This document shows, one piece after another, positions 50,765-59,658 of a stretch of 64,000 nt of DNA. A program made the translations under genes and the position numbers. This DNA is from Myxococcota bacterium (GTDB lineage Bacteria > Myxococcota_A > SURF-8). The notes beneath the pieces were generated by a model. The model searched no databases. It saw only the letters and a list, made by a program, of their open reading frames with translations, and was not told the DNA's origin. Numbering within the stretch: position 1 is the stretch's first letter; every line of letters begins with the position of its first letter. The DNA is taken from positions 1,376,001 through 1,440,000 of the forward strand of contig CAXXQS010000002.1 of NCBI GenBank assembly GCA_963674735.2, read 5' to 3'.

Positions 50765-52054
50765 ATGAAAGTGCGACGCGGATTGGTTTGGATGCCGGTG
50801 TTGTTTCTCACCTTCTTCCTCGGCTGTATTGTCGGGTCCGGTCAATGGATGAGCGCGTGGGCCGCCGGTGACGTTTATGGGAAGCTCGACATCTTTGCCA
50901 AAGTTCTTCACTACGTTGAGACGAACTATGTCGATGACGTCAACCCCGACGATCTGATTTACGGTGCAATCAAGGGAATGCTCGATGAATTGGATCCTCA
51001 CACCATGTTTATGCCGCCGGATGTCTATCGGGAGATGAAAATCGACACCACTGGAGAATTTCAAGGCATCGGTTTGGTGGCTGAGCAACGTGATACTCGG
51101 CTGGTTGTGGTCAAACCGATCGAAGGATCTCCGGCTTTTGATGCGGGGATTATGGCGGACGATATCATCATTGAAATCAATGGGGTGACGACTGAGGGCT
51201 TATCGCTCAAAGAGGCGGTAGCTTTGATGCGCGGACCGGAAGGCACAACCATCCGATTGATTCTCGAACGGCCATCGGATTCACAGAGGCGGAACGTCAC
51301 GTTAATTCGCGGTCGCATTCGTGTAAGTAATGTGAAGTACGAGTTGATGCAAGATGGAATCGGCTACATGAAGGTCGCCTCGTTTCAGAGCCGCACAGCG
51401 GCCCAGATGGTGGCCGCCATGAAAAAATTGGTTGTCGCCTCCAGGGGTAAATTGCGAGGGTTGATTTTGGATCTGCGGGATAATCCGGGTGGGTTGATGA
51501 GTGAGGCGATTCGGGTTGTGGATGAATTCATCGGCAGTGGGCCGATTGTTTCCACCGAAGGTCGCAACGGCAACCATGTCGAGACGGAAATCGCACATCC
51601 AAACGGTGCCTACCTGACAGGACGGCTGGCGGTTCTGATCAATGCCGGATCGGCTTCAGCTGCGGAAATCGTGGCTGGCGCGTTGCAAGATACGAATCGG
51701 GCTTTGGTTATCGGAGAAAGAAGCTTTGGTAAGGGTTCCGTACAGAACATTATCGAATTGGAAGATGGCAGCGGATTGAAGATCACCGTTGCACGGTATT
51801 TTACCCCCAAACGGCGTTCCATCGACGGTATTGGCGTGAAACCGGATGTGCAGGTGATTCAGCCTGAAAAGATTGCCCGACGCGCGGAGCTTGTGGCCAA
51901 CTCCGACGACCAATTGTCCCTGCCGATCCCCGAATTTTCGGATGATAATGGGATGAACTTGGTCCAGGCACTGGATACTCCATCGGGTATCAAGGAAGAC
52001 GATCACCAGATGCGGGCGGCCTATGCCTTCCTGAAACTTGGGAAACTACCTTGA
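50765..52054 (+). CDS. ctpA: Carboxyl-terminal processing protease, S41A family, with PDZ domain
   Basis: Start moved to ATG 50765 (GGAG RBS). LDPHT, GEFQGIGL (PDZ), LDLRDNPGG, SASAAEIVAGALQD, SFGKGSVQ. Confidence 0.93.
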   Translation: MKVRRGLVWMPVLFLTFFLGCIVGSGQWMSAWAAGDVYGKLDIFAKVLHYVETNYVDDVNPDDLIYGAIKGMLDELDPHTMFMPPDVYREMKIDTTGEFQGIGLVAEQRDTRLVVVKPIEGSPAFDAGIMADDIIIEINGVTTEGLSLKEAVALMRGPEGTTIRLILERPSDSQRRNVTLIRGRIRVSNVKYELMQDGIGYMKVASFQSRTAAQMVAAMKKLVVASRGKLRGLILDLRDNPGGLMSEAIRVVDEFIGSGPIVSTEGRNGNHVETEIAHPNGAYLTGRLAVLINAGSASAAEIVAGALQDTNRALVIGERSFGKGSVQNIIELEDGSGLKITVARYFTPKRRSIDGIGVKPDVQVIQPEKIARRAELVANSDDQLSLPIPEFSDDNGMNLVQALDTPSGIKEDDHQMRAAYAFLKLGKLP

Positions 52055-52425
52055 TCGAAAGGGGATGGGGTTGGGATACCCCTTGAAAGACGCAAATGCT
52101 TCAACCCGCTTGCAATCGAGCGGAGCAGTTCTTCGGTATCGATTTGATCCTTATCTTCCACCCATCCAAGACGTTGCCAGCGAGTGATAAGCTGTTGGAC
52201 TCGTTCGAGGTATTGATCGGCGTGTTCATAAAAAACGGCCTGATTCCAGTTTTCGCGTATCGTCAATTCATGGAAAAAGGAATAGGCATCAAGGGAGAGG
52301 TCATCCAACGAACAATCGCGTTTCCGGTTTGCTTTGTGGCTGATCAAATACGCCAGATTGACCCAACGCAGGGCGAGTCGAATGGTTTGCTCATTGTGGA
52401 AAAAGTGAAGATCGTTGTCCAACAT
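52021..52425 (-). CDS. Hypothetical helical protein (134 aa)
   Basis: Strong AAAGGAGG RBS before the ATG; fills the ctpA-tauE gap; overlaps the ctpA 3' end by 34 bp; no family recognised. Confidence 0.6.
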   Translation of the reverse strand: MLDNDLHFFHNEQTIRLALRWVNLAYLISHKANRKRDCSLDDLSLDAYSFFHELTIRENWNQAVFYEHADQYLERVQQLITRWQRLGWVEDKDQIDTEELLRSIASGLKHLRLSRGIPTPSPFDQGSFPSFRKA

Positions 52426-52522
52426 ACCGGCCTCCTTTCATTTTATAAGTGACTCCGGGGGCGGGAAATCGATTAGAAAAATTACATTTATGTAGAAAAT
52501 CGATTGAAACGAGGGGAATGGC

Positions 52523-53437
52523 ATGCTGTTTGAGGTCTCAGGAGTCGAAGTTGCCTGGTGGATACCCCCTTTGGTGTCATTTGCAATTGCCTTGATTGTA
52601 TCGACGGGCGGATTGTCCGGTGCTTTCGCTTTGTTACCCTATCAGGTCAGTGTGTTGGGTTTCACAACTCCCGCCGTTACACCCACCAACCATCTTTACA
52701 ACGTTGTGGCGATTCCGGGCGGCGTTTATCGGTATTTTAAAGAAGGGCGGATGTTGTGGCCCTTGACGCTGGTGATTGTGGCTGGGACGCTACCGGGAGT
52801 GGCTGTCGGTTCCTGGGTGCGTATCCAATACATCGCCGATCCACGAGCATTCAAGCTCTTCATGGGAGTCGTGTTGCTGATGATCGGTGGCCGGATGCTG
52901 GTTGAAAACGTTCTGCTTCCATTGCTGCAAACGATGGGTTTTTTCAAGGTGGAAAAGAAAGAGGTGGAACCCGTTGAAATCACGTCGGTTGTCGTGGAAA
53001 TCTTCACCCTGAAACGGTTACAATATCGATTCGGTGGACGTTCCTATCATATCTCCGTTCCTTGGTTGTTCGGCTTGACAAGCTTTGTGGGCATACTTGG
53101 GGGGGCTTATGGTGTGGGAGGTGGCGCTTTGATTGCCCCCGTTTTGGTGGGCGTTTGGCGCTTACCGGTGTTTACGATTGCTGGAGCCACGCTCTTCGGT
53201 ACCTTGGTTACGTCCGTGTTTGCCGTCCTCTTTTTCACCCTGCTTGCGCCGCTCTATGGCAGCTTGCCGGTGTCGCCGGACTGGACATTGGGAATTCTGT
53301 TCGGATTGGGTGGATTATGCGGAACATACCTGGGGGCGCGGCTGCAGCGCTACCTTCCGCAGTCCGTCATCAAAAGCATCCTCGGTTTGGGACTGGGCGT
53401 GTTGTCTGCCCGTTATATTATCGGGTATTTCTTTTAG
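52523..53437 (+). CDS. Sulfite exporter TauE/SafE family membrane protein
   Basis: About 8 TM segments; STGGLSGAFALLPYQVSVLGFTTPAVTPTN, GAYGVGGGALIAP, GTYLGARLQRYLP. Confidence 0.85.
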   Translation: MLFEVSGVEVAWWIPPLVSFAIALIVSTGGLSGAFALLPYQVSVLGFTTPAVTPTNHLYNVVAIPGGVYRYFKEGRMLWPLTLVIVAGTLPGVAVGSWVRIQYIADPRAFKLFMGVVLLMIGGRMLVENVLLPLLQTMGFFKVEKKEVEPVEITSVVVEIFTLKRLQYRFGGRSYHISVPWLFGLTSFVGILGGAYGVGGGALIAPVLVGVWRLPVFTIAGATLFGTLVTSVFAVLFFTLLAPLYGSLPVSPDWTLGILFGLGGLCGTYLGARLQRYLPQSVIKSILGLGLGVLSARYIIGYFF

Positions 53438-54840
53438 AGCGAGCGCAGCCGAAAAGCAAAGAAACCGTCGAGTGGCGCGTGCCCCTGCGTGTCGAACCAG
53501 CGAAGAGTGCCATTTTCTTTGTATAGAGCTTGCGGAATTGTGGGCACAAGCTCGCAGGTCCAAGCGGTTTTATCGATTACATGCCTCAATTGTTCGATAC
53601 CTTCTTCGCTTGTCGTTGTGCAAACCGAAAACACCAAGACTCCATTTGGTTTGACGTATTGCAACGCGTTTTCCACAATTGTACGGGCCTGCTTGGCAAG
53701 ATCGGGTATTTCTTCCGGTTTCCGCCGCCAACGCATTTCCGGATGCCGCCGGATGGTGCCGAGGGCCGAGCAGGGTGCGTCGACCAGAACGCGATCGAAG
53801 CTGTTGGGTGCAAGCCCCTTGAGCGGCCGACCCGCATCGCCATTCAACGTGTCAACCCATTCGAATCCGTGGCGTTTGGCTTGTTGCTCCAGCAACCCGA
53901 GTCGTTTAGGGGCAACATCCACAGCCAGAACCTGTCCGGTCGGTCCGACTCGGCTGGCGATATCCAGTGTTTTTCCGCCTGGAGCGGCACAACAATCGAG
54001 GATGCGCTCGCCCGGCTGTGGATCGAGCAGGGCTGTGACAAGCTGTGCGGCTTCGTCCATCACATGACACAGACCTTCTTCCAGAAGCGGTTCGATGGCA
54101 TGGAATCCGCCTCGCTCCACCACAACGGCATCCGGGATCCATTTTCCGATCGAAGCTTCCATTCCACTGTTTTTCAGGCGCTCGATCAACGCCTGTGCCG
54201 TAACTCGTTGCCGATTCGGGCACAAAACGAGCGGCGCGGATTGATTGGTCTGTTCCGCAAGTTCTGTAAGCTTTTCCAATTGTCGCCCGGGGTCGGCCGT
54301 TTCTTTTTTTATCGTGTCGTACCAACGTGCCATGAGCCAGTCGGGGATGGAATAGCGCAAGGCCAGACGATCGACGGGATCGGTCGGCTCGGGTGGTTGG
54401 TGGTTGGCTTGACGTTCGCGTAAAACCCGGTGCAGGACGGCATTGACAAATCCAACCGCGTGTTTGCGTCCGACTTGTCCGGTTAGCTTCCCGGCTTCCG
54501 CCAGAACGGCATGGGCGGGAATACGGTCGAGGTGGAGGAGTTGATAGAGGGCAAGCTGCAGCACACGCTTGACGGCTGGATCGATTTTGGCGATCGGCCG
54601 TCCCGAGGCGTAGGCGAGCCAGGCGTCGAGGTATCGATAGTTGCGCAACACGCCGTAAACCAACTCGGTGGTCAAGCGCCGGTCGGCTTCGAATGTGGGA
54701 GTGCTGTTGGCCGATTTCTCGGTTTTACGGGGTTGCTGAGTGCGCGCCTTTGCAAGCTCGGCCATCAAGGCCAAGTTGGAGTAAGCTCCTTCACGTTCGA
54801 CGCGGGACAACACGCGGTATGCGGAATGACGTGCGTTCAT
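53434..54840 (-). CDS. rsmB: 16S rRNA m5C967 methyltransferase RsmB (Sun)
   Basis: Start moved to ATG 54840 (MNARHSA). NusB-like domain DRRLTTELVYGVLR; DCCAAPGGKT, DAPCSALG, VFSVCT; downstream of fmt. Confidence 0.95.
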   Translation of the reverse strand: MNARHSAYRVLSRVEREGAYSNLALMAELAKARTQQPRKTEKSANSTPTFEADRRLTTELVYGVLRNYRYLDAWLAYASGRPIAKIDPAVKRVLQLALYQLLHLDRIPAHAVLAEAGKLTGQVGRKHAVGFVNAVLHRVLRERQANHQPPEPTDPVDRLALRYSIPDWLMARWYDTIKKETADPGRQLEKLTELAEQTNQSAPLVLCPNRQRVTAQALIERLKNSGMEASIGKWIPDAVVVERGGFHAIEPLLEEGLCHVMDEAAQLVTALLDPQPGERILDCCAAPGGKTLDIASRVGPTGQVLAVDVAPKRLGLLEQQAKRHGFEWVDTLNGDAGRPLKGLAPNSFDRVLVDAPCSALGTIRRHPEMRWRRKPEEIPDLAKQARTIVENALQYVKPNGVLVFSVCTTTSEEGIEQLRHVIDKTAWTCELVPTIPQALYKENGTLRWFDTQGHAPLDGFFAFRLRSL

Positions 54841-55792
54841 GAGACGAGATCGAATCGATCGCCGGGTTTCAGGTGGCACCCGCAACAAAAGGCATACGCG
54901 CACATGCGCTTTTTGCCCTGGCGTTGATGTCGCGAAGCAGCAACACGCCGGAGCCGCAAGCGACGACGATTCCGTCTCGTCGGATCTGAATGATTTCACC
55001 GGGATCGGCTGGAGTTTCCTGCTCGGTGTTGCAAGGCTCGGCGTCGAAAAGACGAACGGGTTCAGCGGCGAAGCGGGCATAGGCGGTGGGCCAGGGAAAG
55101 AGTCCGCGAATTTGACGGTCCAGTTCGACCGCCGATCGCTTCCAGTCGAGTTCGCCATCCGATTTCTTCAAAATCGGGGCAAGGGTGGCTTCGCTTTCAA
55201 CCTGCGGAACTTCGGAAAGATTTCCGGATTGTGCGGCCTGTAAAACGGCATGAAAGCCCTGACCCGCCAGCGGAGCAAGCTTCTCGCTCAAACTCAGCGC
55301 CGTATCACGATCGGCAAGGGGAATTTCCTTGAGCCAGCAGACGGGTCCGGCATCGAGTTTGGCGACCATGCGCTGAATGCACATGCCGGTTGTGGGGTCG
55401 CCATTCATGATTGCCCAATTGATTGGCGCGGCGCCTCTCCATTTTGGAAGAAGGGAAGCGTGGGCATTGAAACAGCCCAGTTCCGGAATGTCGAGCAGGG
55501 CTTGTGGCAGGATCTGGCCGAACGCGAACACGGCGAAGGCGTGGGCTTCCAGCTTTCGGACTTCTTCAATGAAGTCAGGGTCTTTGGCTGACTTCGGCTG
55601 CAAAACGGGAAGACCGGCTTCAAGGGCGGCTTCCTTGACGGGGGAAGGAAATGTTTGTCTACGATTGCGACCCTTGGTGCGATCCGGCTGAGTGACGACG
55701 GCTGCGATTTCGTAACCATCGGCGATCAGCTGCTGTAACCCGGCGACCGATATCTCGGGTGTACCGAAGTAGACAATCCGTAATTTAGCCAT
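54837..55792 (-). CDS. fmt: Methionyl-tRNA formyltransferase with an apparent 1-bp frameshift near 54926 (as written the ORF stops at 54869)
   Basis: YFGTPE, VVTQPD, AFGQIL, NAHASLLPKWRGAAPI, LDAGP. The canonical C-terminus QRQGKKRM..AF..G lies in the adjacent frame. Confidence 0.93.
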
Positions 55793-56327
55793 GATTGGCG
55801 GCCGTTTGCGCTTGTTCGTCGCGTTCTTTTTTGAATCTTTCCATGCGGCGCAAGGCCAGCTTTCGTTTCAACGGTGATAGATGATCAACGAATAAGACTC
55901 CGTTCAAATGGTCGGTTTCGTGCTGGATACAAACGGCCAGGATGCCTTCCGCTTCGAGATGGATTTTTTCCCCTTCCAAGTTGGTATAGGTTGCCTCGAT
56001 TCGGCTGGGTCTTTTAACCTCTTCGAACACCCCGGGGATGGAGAGGCAGCCTTCTTCCATAACTAACCGTTCGTCGCCGATGGGGGTGATCTCCGGATTG
56101 ATCATGGTGATCAAATTCGGAGGCTGGTCTTTCTCGGCCACATCCATCACGACGATTTGTTCCGTACGTCCCACCTGGTTGGCCGCCAAACCGATGCCGG
56201 GCGCATCATACATGGTCTCAGCCATATCTTTGGCGAGGTTGCGAATTTCGTCGGTGATTTCTTGAATGGGTTCCGCCTTTTGACGGAGGATTTTATTCGG
56301 GAGTTCCACAATATCGATGATAGCCAT
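55785..56327 (-). CDS. def: Peptide deformylase
   Basis: GIGLAANQVG, EGCLS, QHETDHLNG. Confidence 0.97.
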   Translation of the reverse strand: MAIIDIVELPNKILRQKAEPIQEITDEIRNLAKDMAETMYDAPGIGLAANQVGRTEQIVVMDVAEKDQPPNLITMINPEITPIGDERLVMEEGCLSIPGVFEEVKRPSRIEATYTNLEGEKIHLEAEGILAVCIQHETDHLNGVLFVDHLSPLKRKLALRRMERFKKERDEQAQTAANHG

Positions 56328-56354
56328 TGTCAGTCCTTCTTGTCACGTATCGGC

Positions 56355-57029
56355 TTAATGGGTGAAGCCGTTTTCTCCACCGCTGGTTCCTTCGCCCAGC
56401 GTTGCCTGGTATAACAGATCATGTTGGAAAACATCAATAAGAAGTCGCAAACGATTGATCGGTCCATCGCATTCCAGCATGTTTTGTTGCGATTCGCCCG
56501 CAATACTTAAAAGCCGGACGGCCAGAGAAATGAAGTTGGGCGTCGTTGTATGCGGAAGGCGATCCAAGGTGCCGACGGGGAAGGGACCGATCACGCCTTG
56601 TAGGTGGGCCTGATGCATCATGTTCATCAGACCGTTGCGTAAGTCGCGTATTTCGCTGTTTTGCTCGTCTACCTCGATATCGTTGGGTGCCGGTGTTACC
56701 TCCACAATACGATACGGGTTGAATTTCACATCCGCTCCGAGAAAGATTTTCGATACCCCTTTCAAGAACAGATGGATAGTCTTGTTGTTATCGTGATGAA
56801 AACTGGTGACGGCCGCAGCCGTACCCACGGAGTAAAGTGAAGGTGCCGCGGTGTGGCCATCCTGCCAGTTATCCCGAATCATGGCGATCCCCAGGATCTT
56901 GTCTTGTTTCAAAACGTCCGTGATCATGAGTCGATGGCGTGGCTCGTTGATTTTCAGCGGTAAATCCGATCCCGGAAACATCACGAAATTGGGCATGGTG
57001 AGGATCGCTAGTTTCTCTGGGATTTTCAT
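56355..57029 (-). CDS. Stand-alone LON peptidase substrate-binding (N-terminal) domain protein
   Basis: VMFPGSDLPLKINEPRHRLMI, VGT, QQNMLE...RL; no AAA+ or protease domain. Confidence 0.8.
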   Translation of the reverse strand: MKIPEKLAILTMPNFVMFPGSDLPLKINEPRHRLMITDVLKQDKILGIAMIRDNWQDGHTAAPSLYSVGTAAAVTSFHHDNNKTIHLFLKGVSKIFLGADVKFNPYRIVEVTPAPNDIEVDEQNSEIRDLRNGLMNMMHQAHLQGVIGPFPVGTLDRLPHTTTPNFISLAVRLLSIAGESQQNMLECDGPINRLRLLIDVFQHDLLYQATLGEGTSGGENGFTH

Positions 57030-57038
57030 TGGCTTACC

Positions 57039-57659
57039 TCATGCGAGGAAGGGATTTGTACGGCGTTCGTGCCCAATCGTGGTCGATGGCCCATGGCCGG
57101 GGTGCACGGCAACCGAATCGTCGAGTGTCAACAGCTTTTTTCGAATAGAATCAATCAGTTGCGGATACGAACCACCCGGAAGATCGGTGCGACCGATGGA
57201 CATGGCGAACAGTGTATCACCTACGATGACATCTTCACCGGCCAAGAAGCAGACGCCGCCGGGTGAATGGCCGGGAGTATTCAAAATGGTTATCGTGGTT
57301 TCGCCCAGTTGGATCGGTGTGTCTTCCGATAAGACACCATCGATGACCGGGACGCCGACGGCGGACAGCCCGAAATATCTGGCCGCTTCATCGGCTTGTT
57401 CGACCAGCGGAACATCGGCAGGATGGAGCTTGAAGGGGATTTTCAGATTTTCCTGAAGCTCCTTGACGCCGGCAATGTGGTCGATATGGCCATGCGTATT
57501 GACGATCGCCTCAACTTGAAGAGCCTTTTTCTCAATGAAATCAAGGATTCTCCGGTTTTCGCCACCGGGGTCTATAATCAGTGCTTTCTGGGTGCCCTCA
57601 TCCCAAACAATGTAGGTATTTTCTTGAAAAGCACCGACGACAAACGCTTCAATCTGCAT
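57039..57659 (-). CDS. MBL-fold metallo-hydrolase (glyoxalase II-like, YcbL/GloC type)
   Basis: IIDPG, THGHIDH, TPGHSPGG, GDTLF, GRTDLPGG, PGHGPSTT. Start 57659 is favoured by a GGAG RBS; 57686 is an alternative. Confidence 0.9.
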   Translation of the reverse strand: MQIEAFVVGAFQENTYIVWDEGTQKALIIDPGGENRRILDFIEKKALQVEAIVNTHGHIDHIAGVKELQENLKIPFKLHPADVPLVEQADEAARYFGLSAVGVPVIDGVLSEDTPIQLGETTITILNTPGHSPGGVCFLAGEDVIVGDTLFAMSIGRTDLPGGSYPQLIDSIRKKLLTLDDSVAVHPGHGPSTTIGHERRTNPFLA

Positions 57660-57773
57660 AAAGTAGCTCTCCATGGGAAGGATCATTCACGAAACAACGT
57701 ATTATACGCACCCGGGCTTTGGTTTGTCTAACAAATTCCCGAACTTATTACTTCTGGAAATAGATTAAAATAA

Positions 57774-57802
57774 TTGACATTTCATTCCGATATCATTACA
57801 CT
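57774..57802 (+). promoter_or_regulatory. sigma70 promoter for panD
   Basis: TTGACA (57774-79), 17-bp spacer, TACACT (57797-802), with AT-rich upstream sequence. Confidence 0.8.
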
Positions 57803-57809
57803 TCGCCCT

Positions 57810-57896
57810 GTCGCCGGGATCCGATAGGACCTGGACGCGTGTGATTCACGATGCTTATCCTTCCGCTGGTTGGATGGCAATCCCGATTGGGATGCT
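57810..57896 (+). ncRNA. Structured 5' leader of panD, candidate pan RNA motif
   Basis: Two hairpins, each with a 5'-side bulged A: CCGGG-A-TCC[GATA]GGA-CCTGG (57810-57836) and GCA-A-TCCC[GATT]GGGA-TGC (57876-57896), upstream of a pantothenate-pathway gene. Confidence 0.5.
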
Positions 57897-58001
57897 AATC
57901 CCCGAGTCCGTGAACCTGCCGTCTTGTCCCAATCCGATTCCGCCGGAAATCTTCTTTGACTCGATTTTAGCCATGACACTGGGCTACGTGAGGAGAATCC
58001 G

Positions 58002-58409
58002 ATGGAACGCACGATGTTGAAATCGAAGATACACCGCGCAACTGTGACACACGCCGATCTTGAATACGAAGGTAGCGTGACCATCGACCAGAATCTTTTA
58101 GAGGCCGCCGATATCTGGGAGAACGAGCTTGTACACATCTGGAATGTGACAAACGGCGCTCGCTTCGAAACCTATGCTCTTCGGGGCGAACGGGGATCCG
58201 GCCTGATTTGCATCAACGGTGCGGCTGCACATCATGCAAATCCCGGTGATCTGGTCATTATCGCCAGTTGGTTGAAGATGACGGATGAGGAAGCGCGCGA
58301 CTGGCAGCCGAAGCTGGTATTCGTCGATGACCGCAATTGCGCCAAAGAATTGAATCGCCCCGAAATTCCAGGGCCGAACAAGCCGTTGCCGATGGCCTCG
58401 GCCAACTAA
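58002..58409 (+). CDS. panD: Aspartate 1-decarboxylase (pyruvoyl-dependent)
   Basis: [15 protein letters not shown]|SVTID autocleavage site, [14 protein letters not shown]; GAGGAG RBS. Confidence 0.97.
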   Translation: MERTMLKSKIHRATVTHADLEYEGSVTIDQNLLEAADIWENELVHIWNVTNGARFETYALRGERGSGLICINGAAAHHANPGDLVIIASWLKMTDEEARDWQPKLVFVDDRNCAKELNRPEIPGPNKPLPMASAN

Positions 58410-58427
58410 GCTCGCCGGATTGATCAT

Positions 58428-59555
58428 TTGACTTTACACCGGTCATTCGATGTCGCCGAACGTGTTCGGCGGTTGCAGGAAATGTTGGGTGCTACGCCCC
58501 GGCAGTGGTCCGACTGGCGTTGGCAGCTGCGTTCCCGCATCACATCGCCCGACGAACTCAGCCGCTATCTTTTCCTCTCATCGCGAGCGCGCCGAGGCAT
58601 GGAACGGGCGGTCCGGCTGTTTCCCATGGCGGTCACACCCTATGCCCTGGCTTTGATCGATCCGGAGAATGCGCGTTGTCCGTTGCGGCGTCAGATGATT
58701 CCCTCCGAACGCGAGTTGAAAGACCGTTTGGGGATGATGGATCCGCTCGACGAAACCCTCCATTCTCCGGTTCCCGATTGTATTCATCTCTATCCCGATC
58801 GCGTGGCGTTGTGTGTTTCCCGCAATTGTGCGATGTACTGCCGTTTCTGTTTCCGCAAACGCCGCACTCACGAGAATGTTCCCGCCGATGCTTTCGAGCA
58901 AGCGCTCGCTTATATCGAAAAAACACCCCGAATTCGGGATGTTCTGGTAACGGGCGGAGATCCTTTGATGTTGCCGGATCGGGTTCTACTCGACCGTCTG
59001 GCCCGTTTGCATCGCATTCCACATGTTCAGATCCTGCGAGTGGGGACCCGAACGCCTGCGATGCTGCCGATGCGCATTACCCCGGCTTTGGTGCGGGGGT
59101 TGAAGCGTCTTCAGCCGATTTACGTCAATGTTCAGTTCAACCATCCCCGAGAATTGACAGCCGAATCGAAAAAAGCGCTGGCGATGCTGGCCGATGCCGG
59201 AATTCCTCTGGGGAATCAATCGGTTCTGTTGAAGGGGGTCAATGACACACTGGCAGTGATGCGTCGTTTGGTGCATGAGCTGCTCGAAAACCGGGTCCGG
59301 CCCTATTACCTTTTTCATCCGCATTTGGTGGAGGGAACCGAGCACTTTCGTCCGCCCATCGAGGTGGGACTCAAAATTATGGAAGGTTTGGAGGGCTATA
59401 CTTCCGGTTTGGCCTCCCCCCAATACGCCATCGATACGCCCCATGGAAAAGTGCCCTTGACGCGCCAGCGGATTATTCGGCGGACGGACTCCGAAGTGGT
59501 TGTCCGAACGTACGACGGTCACGTGTGGCACGAAGCCAATCCGCGTAAAACGTAA
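58428..59555 (+). CDS. KamA-family radical SAM/PLP aminomutase, substrate uncertain
   Basis: WSDWRWQL, HLYPDR, CAMYCRFCFR, VTGGDP, GTRTP, FNHPRE, NQSVLLKGVND, RPYYLF, GKVP. TTG start; ATG 58482 is an alternative. Confidence 0.9.
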   Translation: MTLHRSFDVAERVRRLQEMLGATPRQWSDWRWQLRSRITSPDELSRYLFLSSRARRGMERAVRLFPMAVTPYALALIDPENARCPLRRQMIPSERELKDRLGMMDPLDETLHSPVPDCIHLYPDRVALCVSRNCAMYCRFCFRKRRTHENVPADAFEQALAYIEKTPRIRDVLVTGGDPLMLPDRVLLDRLARLHRIPHVQILRVGTRTPAMLPMRITPALVRGLKRLQPIYVNVQFNHPRELTAESKKALAMLADAGIPLGNQSVLLKGVNDTLAVMRRLVHELLENRVRPYYLFHPHLVEGTEHFRPPIEVGLKIMEGLEGYTSGLASPQYAIDTPHGKVPLTRQRIIRRTDSEVVVRTYDGHVWHEANPRKT

Positions 59556-59658
59556 AAAAGCACGCTCAAGATGGTCCGATATGAAGCTGCCGGGTAAAAG
59601 TCTTGCGCCGCCGCCGCGACCTAAGGTAATCTGAGTAACATCCGTTCAGGAGGTGACC

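Noticed and set aside
50765-52054. CtpA as a dedicated processing protease of the giant protein
   Set aside because: Separated by a strong terminator; it looks like an ordinary housekeeping S41A protease; adjacency alone is insufficient.
49400-52500. Complete diversity-generating retroelement at the FGE domain
   Set aside because: No reverse transcriptase, Avd-like gene or template repeat visible in the window.
54841-55158. 106-aa N-terminal extension of RsmB in the ORF track
   Set aside because: Overlaps fmt in another frame; RsmB similarity begins at ATG 54840.
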